A DNA stretch of 64,000 bases from Octopus vulgaris (GCA_951406725.2 OX597816.1:40424001-40488000), one strand, 5' to 3'; shown: positions 1 to 13,250, numbered from the stretch's first letter. Translations and numbers: made by a program. The notes: generated by a model from the sequence alone, not told the origin.

Positions 1-338
1 TTTTATGAGTCGTGTTTTTAGAGTAACATTGGTTTTATAGGTTTTATTGCTATTTTTTTAAAGCTCAGCCAACAGACTTCAGATTAAAAGTGTTTCAGAC
101 GTAATGTCCCCAGGTCTGTAGGATCAAATATATGCACTTTTTGATGTTAGGGTGTGATTTGAGAAAAATTTCGTCGCTATTTCTATCAGGTCTCGTAAAG
201 AAAGAGGACATCACTCGTCTGTATTCTGGTCTACAGCGTGTTACTTAATGTTTTAAGTAGTAAATGAACGCAAAGTTATTTAAGAAATTCCAGTCGGTAA
301 TACACGAGTTCAACGAACGAGAATTTAGGTGCAAGAAG

Positions 339-381
<43 letters not shown>

Positions 382-496
382 GAGACAGAAAAAAAAATTT
401 GTTTTTCTTTCGCGTTTTAGTATGGTTATTCTAAAGATAAGAAATAATGATTTTTATCTGAAGGAAAGCACGTCTGTTCTGCTGTGATTCTGAATA

Positions 497-498
<2 letters not shown>

Positions 499-558
<60 letters not shown>

Positions 559-592
559 CGTATATATATATATAGATATATATATATACATG

Positions 593-666
<74 letters not shown>

Positions 667-675
667 CATAAATAT

Positions 676-706
<31 letters not shown>

Positions 707-790
707 TGCATGTATATACATATATATACATAATATATAATTTATATATATAAATATATACATATATGTATATATGTGCGTGTGTGTGTG
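499..790. repeat. Compound microsatellite (CT)n-(TA)n-(TG)n
   Basis: Visible dinucleotide runs; they explain the ERER/IYIY ORFs at 426-953. Confidence 0.95.
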
Positions 791-986
791 TATCTTTGCG
801 TCTGTGTTTGTTCCCCCAACATTGCTTGACAACCGATGTTGGTGTGGTTATATCACTGTAACTTAGCAGTTTGGCAACAGAGACTGTTAGAATATGTACA
901 AGGCTTAGAAAGAATAAGTTCTGAGGTCGATTTATTCGACTAGAACCCTCCAAGGCGGTGCTCCAGCATGGCCGCAGTCAAATAAC
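790..986 (+). mobile_element. tRNA-derived SINE family A, 3' half
   Basis: Reverse-complement match to the 1275-1682 copy (…ttgacaaccgatgttggtgt…aaggcggtgctccagcatggccgcagtcaaat). Confidence 0.8.
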
Positions 987-1274
987 TCGTTTCTCGCTAA
1001 CACAAGGAGCAATGCCTTATACTTTAGTTTGCGTGCTTCATCCTCCTAAGTAATTGGTAGCACAATCACGTTCACCTGACTGCACTATAGCTCTCCCATA
1101 CTCTATACAACACATTACATGCACGCAACCATACAGCTGCACATCTCATAGTCTGCATGGATCAGTCCTAGACATCCATATGATCACATGATCTAAACAT
1201 ATTAAACACAAACAGACAACAGCACAAAAACATAACTAACTTCACTAATGCTCGTAACATTTTAAAAATAATTA

Positions 1275-1682
1275 TCTTTACTTGTTTCAGTCATTTGACT
1301 GTGGCCATGCTGGAGCACCGCCTTTAGTCGAGCAACTCGACCCCGGGACTTATTCTCTGTAAGCCTAGTACTTATTCTATCAGTCTCTTTTTGCCGAACC
1401 GCTAAGTGACGGGGACATAAACACACCAGCATCGGTTGTCAAGCAATGCTAGGGGGATAAACACAGACACACAAACACACACACATACATATACATATAT
1501 ACGACAGGCTTCTTTCAGTTTCCGTCTACCAAATCCACTCACAAGGCATTGGTGGGCCCGGGGCTATAGCAGAAGACACTTACCCAAGATGCCACGCAGT
1601 GGGACTGAACCCGGAACCATGTGGTTGGTTAGCAAGCTACTTACCACACAGCCACTCCTGCACCTATAGCCACTCCTGCGCC
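1275..1682 (-). mobile_element. tRNA-derived SINE family A, full length
   Basis: Minus strand starts GGCGCAGGAGTGGCT, with A-box-like TGGCTGTGTGG and B-box-like GGTTCAGTCCC; internal CA/TA microsatellite; near-identical copies at 39319, 42538 and 63657. The first ~18 nt of the head are duplicated. Confidence 0.9.
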
Positions 1683-2547
1683 TATACCCACATACATACC
1701 CCTATTGTTAATCAGACTTGTAATCATTTGTATACACGCTACCGCCCGCCACCTATCTTCTCTTATCTCCTAGCACCCCTTAGCCTTTCTTCTCAGCCCT
1801 ATTCCTTGGTACCTTCAACACTTCTCCTTTCTCAATCATACCCTCCAATACTCGCTCATAATATCAATCTGACACACCTTCTCCACTTACTCTTAGCGCG
1901 ATCATTTCTCCGGTTGCCTTTCGGACTAACGGTCAAACGCATACATTACTGTACGTAACACAAAGACACACAAGTACTTTAAGTACGTATCGTTTCTTTA
2001 ATCTCGATTCTTACTCTACTTCTTTCCTTTGACATTTTATGGTTTACTATTCTCTGTGTTTTTACTCCTGCTTGTTTACATTTAGTCTATCACATTTCGA
2101 AGTTTTGTCCTTCTTTTGTAAACTCTCCCGCTGACCACATGTCCGTTTTTTATTCCATTTGTGTTATTTCTACTATATATATATGTATGTATACGAATCC
2201 AAATTCAATAAGTACAGCAGATTAATATTTAACGAGAAAGAGAGAAATTAATGTATAATAAATAAATGCGAACGAAATGTTTTTCTTCGTATTCCGCTGT
2301 GACTTCTTCAGACAAAGACTTAAGTGAAAATGGTGACGAGAAAATAGAATTAAATCAATATTTGTTTCTAGCTGGAATGTTTTCAGTCTAAAGAAGTTAA
2401 CACTAAGTAGAACCAGAACTGATAATAACGAAATTCTTTTATTTTACAAGAAGTGATGAAAAGAAAATATAACCAAGCATTCAAACATAAATACAGTTAC
2501 ACACATACGTAGGTGCATGTTATGGTATATATCTATATAAATCTCCC

Positions 2548-2618
<71 letters not shown>

Positions 2619-2721
2619 TGTGTGTGTGTATAATTATATGAAAATGTGTATATATGTTCATAAATGTATAAGTAAGATTCAGTTGAATTAGGTACTTAAA
2701 TTGAGACAACATGTTAGGTCG

Positions 2722-2753
<32 letters not shown>

Positions 2754-3164
2754 ACAATATAATGTAAACATCAAACTTGGTGCATAAGTACCGGCTGAAT
2801 GATATTCTTGTAATGTATGCAGACAATTAGACCCGGGTGAATGAAGATATCCGCTCTTGAGCTATTTAGACATATTACGAACACGGTCCATAATATTTAC
2901 GAAGGGCAGATTCCGAGACAGGTGAATCAAATATAAATGCGTAACATTTGAGGTACAGGTGTCAATCCATTACGGCCCTTCCTAAAGACTCCTTTAATTG
3001 AATAATGAAAACATTACGTCAATGTAAAGAGACCGTAAATAAACTATAACAGTTCACAGATTGTGTCAACAGAAAAAGTGGCAGAATCACGGGAAATGTT
3101 TTCCTCCGTGGATTTTATACTATGTTAAACCATTTTGTGTCTTCTAATTTGAAGTTCATGAAGT

Positions 3165-3245
3165 CGTCTGATGAAAACGGGCTATTTACAATGATGTAAC
3201 GTTTTCATTAACCAATTATAGGAATCGTTAGAAACGGCCATAATG
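3165..3245 (+). ncRNA. Decayed minimal hammerhead ribozyme motif (PLE pLTR type)
   Basis: cgt-CTGATGA(3168-3174)-a-aacg…cgtt-a-GAAA(3231-3234)-cggcca-TA-atg. The stem I and III mismatches are CpG-type changes from ACGGCCGT/ACG. Ends about 20 bp before a (TA)n tract. Confidence 0.55.
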
Positions 3246-3262
3246 TATCTCTACTGTTACTC

Positions 3263-3300
<38 letters not shown>

Positions 3301-3349
3301 AAACAAGTCAAAAATAGAAATTGCTAAAATAATTTTATAGTGAACATTT

Positions 3350-3387
3350 CAGTACCGGTTTCGGTCATTTTGAGACCTTTTCAACTG
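3350..3387 (-). ncRNA. Minimal type-I hammerhead ribozyme (U3-A8 variant)
   Basis: Minus strand: CAG-TTGAAAA-GGTC-tcaaaat-GACC-GAAA-CCGG-TA-CTG; stems I and II pair; palindromic stem III ACCGGT. Confidence 0.8.
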
Positions 3388-3916
3388 TAACGATTAAATA
3401 ATTAAATTTAGAAAAATTAGAAGAAAAGTTTTTTTAAAGGAATATTTCTATAGTAGTGTTCAGATATAAGTGGCATTCTGCCTTTCTCTGACTCCTTTGT
3501 TTGCACTTGTGTGTTGGAGGTCGTTGTGAGTTCTTGGTAGGGTAGAAGAAGAGGAAGGCTGATGAGGAAAGGGGGTGGGAAAATCTGGGAGTGCCCTGAT
3601 GGTCGTATTTTGAATGGTCAGTGGCGGCTAGCAGTCGCAGTTCAATTCAGGAGAATATTTCTATTGAAAGGCTTCTTTATGGAATTTGCGTAAGTGTTAT
3701 ACTAAAAAACATTAGTGACAAAGTTAAGGGGTAGAAGGTGGAGAAGTAGTAGTAGAAGAAGAAGAAGAAGAAGAAGAAGAAGAAGAAGAAGAAGAAGAAG
3801 AAGAAGAAGAACTCCACCTTCTACCCCTTAACTTTGTCACTAATGTTTTTTAGTATAACACCTACGCAAATTCCATAAACAAGCCTTTCAATAGAAATAT
3901 TCTCCTGAATTGAACT

Positions 3917-4351
3917 TCAACACAGAAGCCGACAGTAAAAAAATGTGGAAGACCCAATTGCGGGATATGCGACTATCTAATTGAGGGATCAGAGTTCTCC
4001 TTCAAACAGGGACAACGGTTTACAGTGAAAAGCAACTTCACATGTGCTTCGGAGAACCTAATATACTCACTAACCTGCTCCGGGTGTCGAGAGCAGTACA
4101 TAGGCCAAACAAAAAATGGTTTGCGTTAACGAATGGCCCTGCACAGATCCCAGATAAAAATTCCCCAAAACAGAAAAATAGCTTTTAGCCAACACATAGA
4201 TACTTGCGCCAACAAAAAAACACCAAACTTCAGGATTTTCCCCCTCTACCAATTTAGGGACGATACAACCTCGAGACAACGAATAAGTAAAGAAAATCTC
4301 TTTATTGCAAAATACAGGCCACTTCTTAACGGGCCTGCGACAAACAATTAA
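3917..4351 (+). pseudogene. PLE GIY-YIG endonuclease remnant
   Basis: One frame: STQKPTVKKCGRPNCGICDYL…NFTCASENLIYSLTCSGCREQYIGQTKNGLR*RMALHRSQI…KENLFIAKYRPLLN. Single stop at 4127-4129; clearly homologous to the 43321-44250 ORF. Confidence 0.9.
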
Positions 4352-4999
4352 TATACCTCAACTTTAGAATAAAAGAAATATATACACACACAAATATTGC
4401 ATTCCATAGAATCCATTACTAATCAGCCCCATCACAGCTATACTTTCACCCATTCATATTCTCCCTTCTCTGTTTTTTTCTTCTTCTTCCTCTTCTTCTT
4501 CACCATCATCATTATCATCATCATCGTCGTCATCATCATCACCACCATCATCATCATCATCTTCTCCTTCTCCTTCTTCTTCTTCTTCTTCTTCTTCTTC
4601 TTCTTCTTCATCATCATCATCATCAACATCGTCATCTTCTTCTTCTTCTACTTCTCCACCCTCTACCCCTTAACCTTGTCACTGATGTCTTTAAGTATAA
4701 CGCCTACGCAAATTCCATATACAATTCCTGAATTGAACTGCGACTACTGGTCGCCACTGAGCATTCAAAATACGACCAACAGGGCTCCCCCAGATTTTCC
4801 CACTCCCACCCCCTCTCCACATCAGCGTCCTTCTTCTTCTCCTACCCTACCAAGAACTCACAACGACTCCGAACACACAAGTGCAAACAAGGGAGTCAGA
4901 GAAAGGCAGAATGCCACTCATATCTGAACACTACTATAGAAATATTCCTTTAAAAAAACTTTTCTTCAAATTTTTCTAAATTTAATTATTTAATCGTTA

Positions 5000-5037
5000 C
5001 AGTTGAAAAGGTCTCAAAATGACCGAAACCGGTACTG
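5000..5037 (+). ncRNA. Minimal type-I hammerhead ribozyme (U3-A8 variant)
   Basis: CAG-TTGAAAA-GGTC-tcaaaat-GACC-GAAA-CCGG-TA-CTG, in the sense 3' pLTR about 55 bp before (TA)n. Confidence 0.8.
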
Positions 5038-5107
5038 AAAGATTTACTATAAAATTATCTTAGCATTTTCTATTTTTGACTTGTTTTTTCATATATATAT
5101 ATATATA

Positions 5108-5198
<91 letters not shown>

Positions 5199-5266
5199 TA
5201 TATATATAGTTATGTGTAGGTTTACATATGAATTTACGTACTAATCTTTAGTAACACCGAATGGAA

Positions 5267-5298
<32 letters not shown>

Positions 5299-6119
5299 TT
5301 GTATATCTATTTATGCATCTATATATGTGTGTGTCTGCGTATGTATAGCTATCTAATTATGCCATATGTTTGTGCGTGAGGACGTGTGTATGTGTGTTTT
5401 TGTACGTGTGTCACTATTATTGCGCGTTTCTGTGTGCTTCTCCGATTGTGTAATGGTTGTTAAGTTTCATTAAAATATGGTTGAACTGAAAGTTATAAAT
5501 TTCAATCATTTATATGATCGTAAAGATAAAGCTATTCCTCTATGTCTTCTGGTCGTCGTTGATTCTTCTCTTCTCCTTTCCTGTCTTCTTATACAATTCT
5601 GCTCCTCGGCTCTTTTAATATGTAATGTTTCTATGGTAACAACCATTTCAGACTTTCCTTTATTGACGTGTCTGTCGGAGTGTACTTGCTTGAGTTATGC
5701 TGTTGCAATTAAAATCTTTTAACAGAATGATGTGCGATTTCGGATGCAATATGAGGCACCAAACGCACGTAGTAATCAACTTAACTGCGTATTACTCGAG
5801 ACGCAAATGTCTGATTATGTGTAACCATTTTTATCCATCAAAGGGGAAAAATTTCTTATTTACTTCGTGAAAGGGAATATGGAAATAAATAAATATTAAT
5901 TTCAGACAAACATTTCGTAGTTTTCTTAGATATTAGTGAATGTAAGTAACATTAACATTATGGATTAAATGCTGTGTTGTAACAAACATGCCACTTAAAA
6001 TATAATTTTGTCTTATATGTAAAAGCTTCTTTGCATTCAACTGAAAAAGGAAAACTGTGTTTTTAACCATATGAAGCGTACTGATAGGAAAAACTTGAAG
6101 ATTGATGTGTGTGCGTATA

Positions 6120-6170
<51 letters not shown>

Positions 6171-6175
<5 letters not shown>

Positions 6176-6373
6176 TTATTACTTAGGTATCTACGAGATA
6201 CTGCCCTGCTGAAAATACCAACCAGGATCTGACTCTAAAACCACATTAAGTGTTCATATAGCACAAGGAGAGAAAACAAAAAGAAAAAATGAAATTAGTA
6301 AAAAATTACTGGATAATTCTAGATCCCGGATTTCTGGATTTGCATTTAGAAATGCTTTGCCTCATCCGTGGAA
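6171..6373 (-). mobile_element. Probable PLE pLTR-end fragment with decayed hammerhead motif (6317-6373)
   Basis: Abuts (TA)n. Minus strand TTCCA-CGGATGA-GG..GCATTT/AAATGC..CC-A-GAAA-TCCGGGA-TC-TAGAA. 6171-6290 recurs at ~6992-7112. Confidence 0.5.
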
Positions 6374-6420
6374 TATACGCAGCGAGAAACATAAATACAT
6401 ATATTATATACATGCAACAT

Positions 6421-6738
6421 CCGGGCGTTGTGAGTGTTTATTGAGCGAAAACACCCAAAAGCTCCACGAGGCTCCGGCAGGGGATGGTGGTGATCCCTGC
6501 TGTACTCTTTCACCACAACTTTCTCTCACTCTTACTTCCTGTTTCTGTTGTACCTGTATTTCAAAGGGCCGGCCTTGTCACTCTCTGTGTCACGCTGAAT
6601 ATCCCCGAGAACTACGTTAAGGGTACACGTGTCTGTGGAGTGCTCAGCCACTTACACGTTAATTTCACGAGCAGGCTGTTCCGTTGATCGGATCAACCGG
6701 AACCCTCGTCGTCGTAACCGACGGAGTGCTTCCACTCC
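6421..6738 (+). mobile_element. 5'-truncated SINE family C1 with 11-bp TSD
   Basis: ACATGCAACAT flanks both sides (6410-6420, 6739-6749). Body shared with the 44376 and 56120 SINEs, but a different 3' tail (…ccctcgtcgtcgtaaccgacggagtgc). Confidence 0.85.
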
Positions 6739-7112
6739 ACATGCAACATACGAATACTTACATATACGAACGTATACATACATATATGTGCACGCATGCA
6801 ACATGACCAGTTTAAAATGCCCGCTCCTGAATTCCATGTGCGATATGGTTAAAACATCACTGCAGTAAATACAATGACAAAATAAATTTAAATTTATATA
6901 AATACGGATAATATCGTTAATTTAAATTAAATAACGATCTTATCAAGTGGCCAGCATGGAAATAAAAACCTTCAAAGGTAATAATTATTATTAAAATTAT
7001 AACTTAGGGTATCTACCAGATACCGCCATGATAGAAATAGCACCAGGATCTGACTCTAAAATCACATTAAGTGTTCATATAACACAAGGAGGGAAGACAA
7101 AAAGACAAAATA

Positions 7113-7543
7113 GGGATTTTTTCGGTTTGAACGGCAGATTTTTCTAGCGGTGTTATATGAAATTGTTATCCATAATTATGACCCTAGAATCGATCTATTG
7201 CATTTCAATATCTTTTAGGATTAGGGTTAGTTGGGGTTAGGGTTAGGGGTGGGGGAAGGGTATCTTTTTCTCTTCACAAATGTAAATAAACCCAATCTGT
7301 TTGTTAAACGAGGGACACATACGACACAGAATGCTTTTTAACTCAATAGACGTAATTGATTGGTTGAAATTGCAGAAACTGAATAAAAATCAACAGCAAA
7401 TATCTTACAAACTATAGAATTTCCTCAATAAAGCCAAGAGAAAAAGATGTTTTATAAACACATTCTACCAGTATACGATGATTAAAATTTTTTAGTTACC
7501 TAGAAATTATGTTAAAAACTGCCGTTCAAACCGAAAAGATCCC
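7113..7543. mobile_element. MITE with ~25-bp TIRs carrying TTAGGG-like repeats
   Basis: Left GGGATTTTTTCGGTTTGAACGGCAG, right CTGCCGTTCAAACCGAAAAGATCCC; possible 8-bp TSD caaaatag/ccaaatag. Confidence 0.85.
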
Positions 7544-8050
7544 CAAATAGTAGAAGAAGACATTTGAAACACCGTATAGCAGTATACTTGGAAGTAAATA
7601 TTCTAATAATTATAGATGACAGTGTAAAGTTAAATAGCTGAAACTAGATCTCAAAACCGAGTCGCGAATTCCGCTTTTCTGTTGCCTTTATCAACTTTCA
7701 GACCAATATATGTGACATAGAACAAATTACTATAAAATGTTCAACGTATGAAGCTTCATGTGTAAAATAAATTGAATTACCTTCAGCTAGAAATCAAAGC
7801 TAGGTTTTACAGCAGCGTTTCCGATAATTTTTCTCTGTTGCACATACCCCACAATATCGGTAATACAATTATACAACGGAAAAGTCACTGATATTAACTT
7901 ATTCTCTTCGCAGAGAAATTGGCAACAATAAAGGTTTTATTTAGTTTGACAAAATATAAAAGATAATGATATGGTAGGTGCCAGAAGTCTTCAACAGATA
8001 AATTGCTATCACCAACCTGCTTTTAGTTTGGTTTTTAAGGTAACATAACA

Positions 8051-8610
8051 GGTGCAGGCATGCAAGGTTTTTAACCTCATAAATTGAGGTTAACAAGCTT
8101 GTTTTGCAACAACGTGGTTTCAGGTTCATTCCTGTTGTGTAGCAGCTTTAGCATGTGTTTTTTATAGCCTAGGACGGGCCAATGATTTGTGAATTGATTT
8201 GAGGAACGGAGATTGTGCGGAAGCCCGTCATATATATATATATAAATATATTGGTAAAAACGGTAAGATAACAAAAGAAAGAAAGAGACCTCAATATTAT
8301 GTAAATAGAGGAAATTTATCTATAAAATAATATGTTACAATTACTCAATAGTTAAGATAAATGTGTGTGTGTGTGTGTACGTTTTTGCCTCTTCGTGTTT
8401 ATGTTTGTCTTTTACTGCTTGAAATCCGATGTTCGGTTGTGAAAACCCCCGTATATTAGCAGTCAGGCAAAACCCCCCCAAAAAAACCCGATAGAATAAT
8501 AACAAAATTTAAATAAGTAATGTGTGTTTGTATATCCATGGGCGTCGATTCTTTTTGGCGGGGATTCCAGCGTGGTCGCCGTCCAACAATCAAAACAAGT
8601 GAAAGAGCAA
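8051..8610 (+). mobile_element. Degenerate SINE family A, interrupted at its internal microsatellite by a ~110-bp insert
   Basis: 5' half 8051-8230 and 3' half from ~8363 resemble family A (the right boundary is approximate); unrelated sequence 8251-8361 follows the TA run. Confidence 0.55.
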
Positions 8611-8845
8611 AATTGCTTAGCAACGCCATTCTGCATTAAGCAGAATAGTTGTGTGAATGATCACATAATATTGTGAACCAAAACTTTCCAATTTGAAAAC
8701 AAAATTCAGCGGGAATTATACCAATTAAAACTTCTAAGTTATTGCCTTGATCAAATTCGATTAGATTTAGTCGTGCATAATTTTTTCTTTCTCTATTCGA
8801 CTTAAGTTTTTGATGTCATATCAAATCTATATATGGTATTCTTAT

Positions 8846-9032
8846 ATTCTTTTACTTGCTTCAGTATTTTGACTGCGGCCATGCTAGAGCACCTCCTTTA
8901 GTCGAACAAATCACCCCCAGGGCTTATTCTTTGTAAGTTTAGTACTTATTTTATTGACTCTTTGGCCGATCCGCTCACTAACATCGGTTGTTAAGCGATG
9001 GTGGGGACAAATACTGACACACAAATACATAC

Positions 9033-9067
<35 letters not shown>

Positions 9068-9074
9068 CACACAT

Positions 9075-9111
<37 letters not shown>

Positions 9112-9256
9112 CATATACACGACAAGCTTCTTTCAGCTTCCGTCAACCAATTACACTCACAGCGCTTTCGTCAGCCCGAGGCTATAGAAGACACTTGCTC
9201 TAGGTACCACGCAGTGGGACTGAACTCCGAACCATGTGGTTTGGAAGCAAGTTTCT
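8846..9256 (-). mobile_element. SINE family A (diverged)
   Basis: ttttacttgcttcagt…gactgcggccatgct…gcagtgggactgaactccgaaccatgtggtt matches the family. Confidence 0.85.
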
Positions 9257-10253
9257 TTATTTCTTACTTTTAAATTGCCATAAAGGCATTACATAGAGGG
9301 GGACACTACAACACATGTGGGACATATAACAATTAAAATAAAAATATGATGCTAAGAATGACACATGAAAATGAACATGAAAAACATTAAAATCAAAATA
9401 ATGATATCTGAAGGATAACTGAGAAATGTGAAAGGAGAACAAAACACTTCATCTCACTTTGCCCTGCAATCACTTCGATACCTGACGCGTGGTACACCAT
9501 GCACCTGTTCAGGTGTTGTCGGTTTAATCATCTATGTAATTTGTTCTGCAAGAAATTGCAGAACTGTTTTTCTCGGTCTACGAGAGACTACCATCAACAT
9601 AGATATGTGTGTGCATGTGTATGTACGCGTTTAATTTTTACGGAGAAAAGCTTTACAGTGCCTTTGTGACTGAAATGTACTTAGTTGCTTTCGTCAGACA
9701 GTCTGAAGTAGATAACCGTGCCGAAACTTTGAATTTCCAGACAGTTTTTTTTCCTTCAAAATTTGAAATAAGAGTGAAGCAAACCAGATTTTATTTTCAT
9801 TGTGATTGGGAAGCAGTTCGTGTTACACTGAATTTTCTTTTTTTGTTTATGTATACACCGGCTCTTTACATTTTGAGTTCAAATTCTACCGGTGTCGTTT
9901 TTGTCTATATTTCGGGATCGATAACATGAGACTCATTGTAGCTCTAGGGTCGATGTATTCGGTTAAGCTTCCCTAAAATTACCGGCTTTATTCAAAAATT
10001 TGAAACCGTTATATGTTTTTGTGTTAAAATTATTATTATGATTAAAAGTTTACCAACACATTGATACATATTGCTTCTTGTGATAAAAATGTTATGTTCA
10101 GCGTTCAGTATTCGTTGGTTGCAATAATATTTTAAGGTCTCTATGCATCAAACTAGTGCGCAGGCAGAATTTAGACGAGGCTGCTAATAGAACTACTTTT
10201 AAGTATTACTGTAACAAATTTCTGAAATGGAAATCAATATTTATATTCATAGA

Positions 10254-10470
10254 AGGCAGGGTACAGGCAAAATCGTTAGTACACTGGGAAAAATACTTAC
10301 CATCATTTTGTCCTTCTTAACCTTCTGAGTTCAAAATCTTCCGAGGTCGACTTCGCATTTCATCTCTACAGGGTTGATAACACAAGTACCCGTTGAACAC
10401 TGGAGTCGATGTAATCGACTAAACCTCTCCCCCGCAAATTGCCGGCCTTGTGCCAACAATTGAAAGCAAT
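10254..10470 (+). mobile_element. SINE family B (Meta-domain-like), diverged
   Basis: ggcaaaatcgttag…ttctgagttcaaa…gaggtcgacttcgcatttcatc…gttgataa…agtacc…gtcgatgtaatcgact. Confidence 0.75.
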
Positions 10471-11488
10471 GGAAATCAATATTTATTAAATTATTAATTC
10501 ATTTATTCACTGGTCCGACAACCTTCAACGATAAGATTTTTCACCAATGTAATAAAAGGTAGGTATTTGGAACTGACATATTCAACTGATATTTTGAAAA
10601 CGTCCTTGTTTCACCTATGAAAGCATGTTGTGCATTATATCTTCAATGAAAGAATTCCTCTGTCAGAGCACATTAGAGCATGTAATGAAGAATATAGTAA
10701 ATACTTCGCCTGTTTTGGAATACGGAATAAATAATAAGAGTATTGATATATCAAATTGTCATATTAGATTTCATCATCTGAAACTCAGAAAAGAAGCTAA
10801 TGTTTAGCTTGGGAATTTTACAAACATTTTTATGGAAGTGAAATGTGAACCTTTATAGGGAAGATTACAAATATTGTTACAAAACCAATAGCAGGCCTCC
10901 TAGTATTACATTTAGCTAAAACCTAAAGATAATAATAACGTTTATGACACTTTCTTAGCATGTAGGTAAACAATAATAGCGTAATCTTATACATCATTTT
11001 TATTTAAAAGAATCAAATATTGTTTACTCTCTTCGATGTCATTGTATATTAGGCCGCCTGTAGTAAAACCGGTTTAGCGCAATCTATAAATTTGTGCTGT
11101 GTATTTTAGGAATGTATAAAAATATATGCGTTCATGTGCTTTTAAATACAACTACTAGACGAACGTACACACATTCAAATTCGAAATAGAAAACATGTAT
11201 TAAATCGAACATTTCTACACGTGCATAAAGGTTATGTTTTTAGTTAAGATGTTGCATTAAGGCCAGAAATACACGAACAAAAATATTTCACGGTAAACAT
11301 AAAGATTATAATGTATTTCTTATGAAACTTCCGAACAGGAATCTCGCAGTTTTACATTGGTCATTCAGAAAAATATGTTTACACTTGGAAATGTCACACA
11401 CTCGCTTCTTCATTATTTTCATGCTTTTTATTTTGTAGCTGATTTCATTGAAATGTTTGTATGTATGGATAAATACTTACATAGAAAG

Positions 11489-11583
<95 letters not shown>

Positions 11584-11689
11584 CGTGCGTGTGTGTGCGT
11601 GTTTGTGTGTGTATGCGTGTGTGTATATATATATCTGTGTGTGAGTATATGTGTCGATACCTATGCATGCATATATATATATATGTTTA

Positions 11690-11720
<31 letters not shown>

Positions 11721-11721
11721 G

Positions 11722-11765
<44 letters not shown>

Positions 11766-13250
11766 ATAAAGTAATAGGTATGCGCTCTGAGTGTTCAAAT
11801 TGCTATGCCACCAAAATTCCAGTTTGAACTGTAACTGAAGATTTGATTTTGTTACTGTCTTTCTAAAGCTACTAGAAGTGGCATCCCCTTCAGCTGGTAG
11901 GTATAGACTAAAGCAAAAAAGAAAAGGCAACCAGTTTGCTAAGACTTGACAAGGACATATACTGAATATTTCTCCAACTTTGGAATCTCTAGCATCCATT
12001 TTCTCTCGCTATGGATTACTATTAAACCATTCTCTCTGTTCGCGTATTTATATAATGAATGCCAGCTTTAACTGGATTTCCCATCCCTTTCTAGACTTAC
12101 GATTAAGCTACTCCGATGACGAACTACTCAGCTTATGGAATCCTCGCTCGACGCGATGTTCCAATAGCTGGGATATTCTAGAAACAGGTGTTTGAGACTA
12201 TCTAAACCTTTTATTATATAGTTGAACCAAACGTCCTTGGCAAGCGTTACCAAACTGTTTGCCTTTCCTTGTGTATCTGTCTCTCCCAGTGTCTCTGTCT
12301 GTCTCTCTGTTTTTGCTTACGATCAGGCTCTCGCACCATGCTGCATGCACTTATTTTTCATTTTCAATTAATTTTTGGAGAAATCTCACTCGCGAAGGCT
12401 TGGCCTATAATTTTCATCAAGCAAATGGTAGTTTTCTCTTCAATTAATCAATCAAAAGAGACTGGCACATGATATTAGCCATAACCGCCGGTGACAATAA
12501 GAAGATGAAAAAGAAGAGTGTATCCCACTTTAACAAAAAACAGTAATGAGTAGAGGGCACCAACATAGGATCACCGCTAATAACGGTATTCCCTTATTAA
12601 TTTGAGAGCATGTAGCCAACATAACGGCCAAGGATTCCGCAAACTTTTGGGTTAAAGCGACAAAATCCCACTGCTCAAAGATTCCCCAATTTAAAAAGTC
12701 ATTTCTTAATTGTGAACAAAAAGACCTTCGCCATGAGTAGAGATCTATCTCCTATCAAAGAAGAACAACTTTCAGCAATAAAATTCCGTTCCGAAGAGGA
12801 GAAATCTATCTCTTGCAAAGTAAGTTTCGATTCTCGTTAGGAAGAATCCATCCAAGTCTGTATCACGATGAAAATAAATAGGGAAGATCAGCTGCTTCCC
12901 TGGTTAGCGTATTTACAGATCAACCAGCCTCAAAATGTAGGTTATTCATTACGTAACTTGCTCAGGTAACTTCTAACAGAAGTTTTAGTGAATACTACAA
13001 ATATCTGAAATCGTGTTCTAGAGCGGATGCGTATTCTCAGGGTATAGATGGATTCTTAATAAGCGCTCACACACATATATTCTGTTCAATTATTTCTATT
13101 TTCCCTTTCATATATTATTCTAAATCGATCATATAATTTATGAGGCCTTTGATCTTTTCCCTTCTTTGAATGTAAATTGTGTTTCACCAACACGCTTGAA
13201 CGTCTCCTGCTGTCGTATGTATGGGTTATATATGAAAATGCACTTAATAC

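Larger units (their letters stand above)
3297..5090 (+). mobile_element. Penelope-like element, 5'-truncated, with inverted pseudo-LTR; inserted in (TA)n
   Basis: 3297-~3760 is the reverse complement of ~4630-5090; GIY-YIG coding remnant between them; both ends abut (TA)n; a hammerhead motif in each arm. Confidence 0.9.

Noticed and set aside
1436-1669. Recurring ORF …[16 protein letters not shown]…[10 protein letters not shown] (also 39489 and 42694)
   Set aside because: It is the antisense reading of SINE family A, not a gene family.
7215-7260. True telomere or chromosome-fusion scar
   Set aside because: Only a few degenerate units, located inside a TIR-bounded MITE.
9428-9634. GIY-YIG-like ORF (IIYVICSARNCRTVFLG)
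   Set aside because: Too short and degenerate to support without a profile search.
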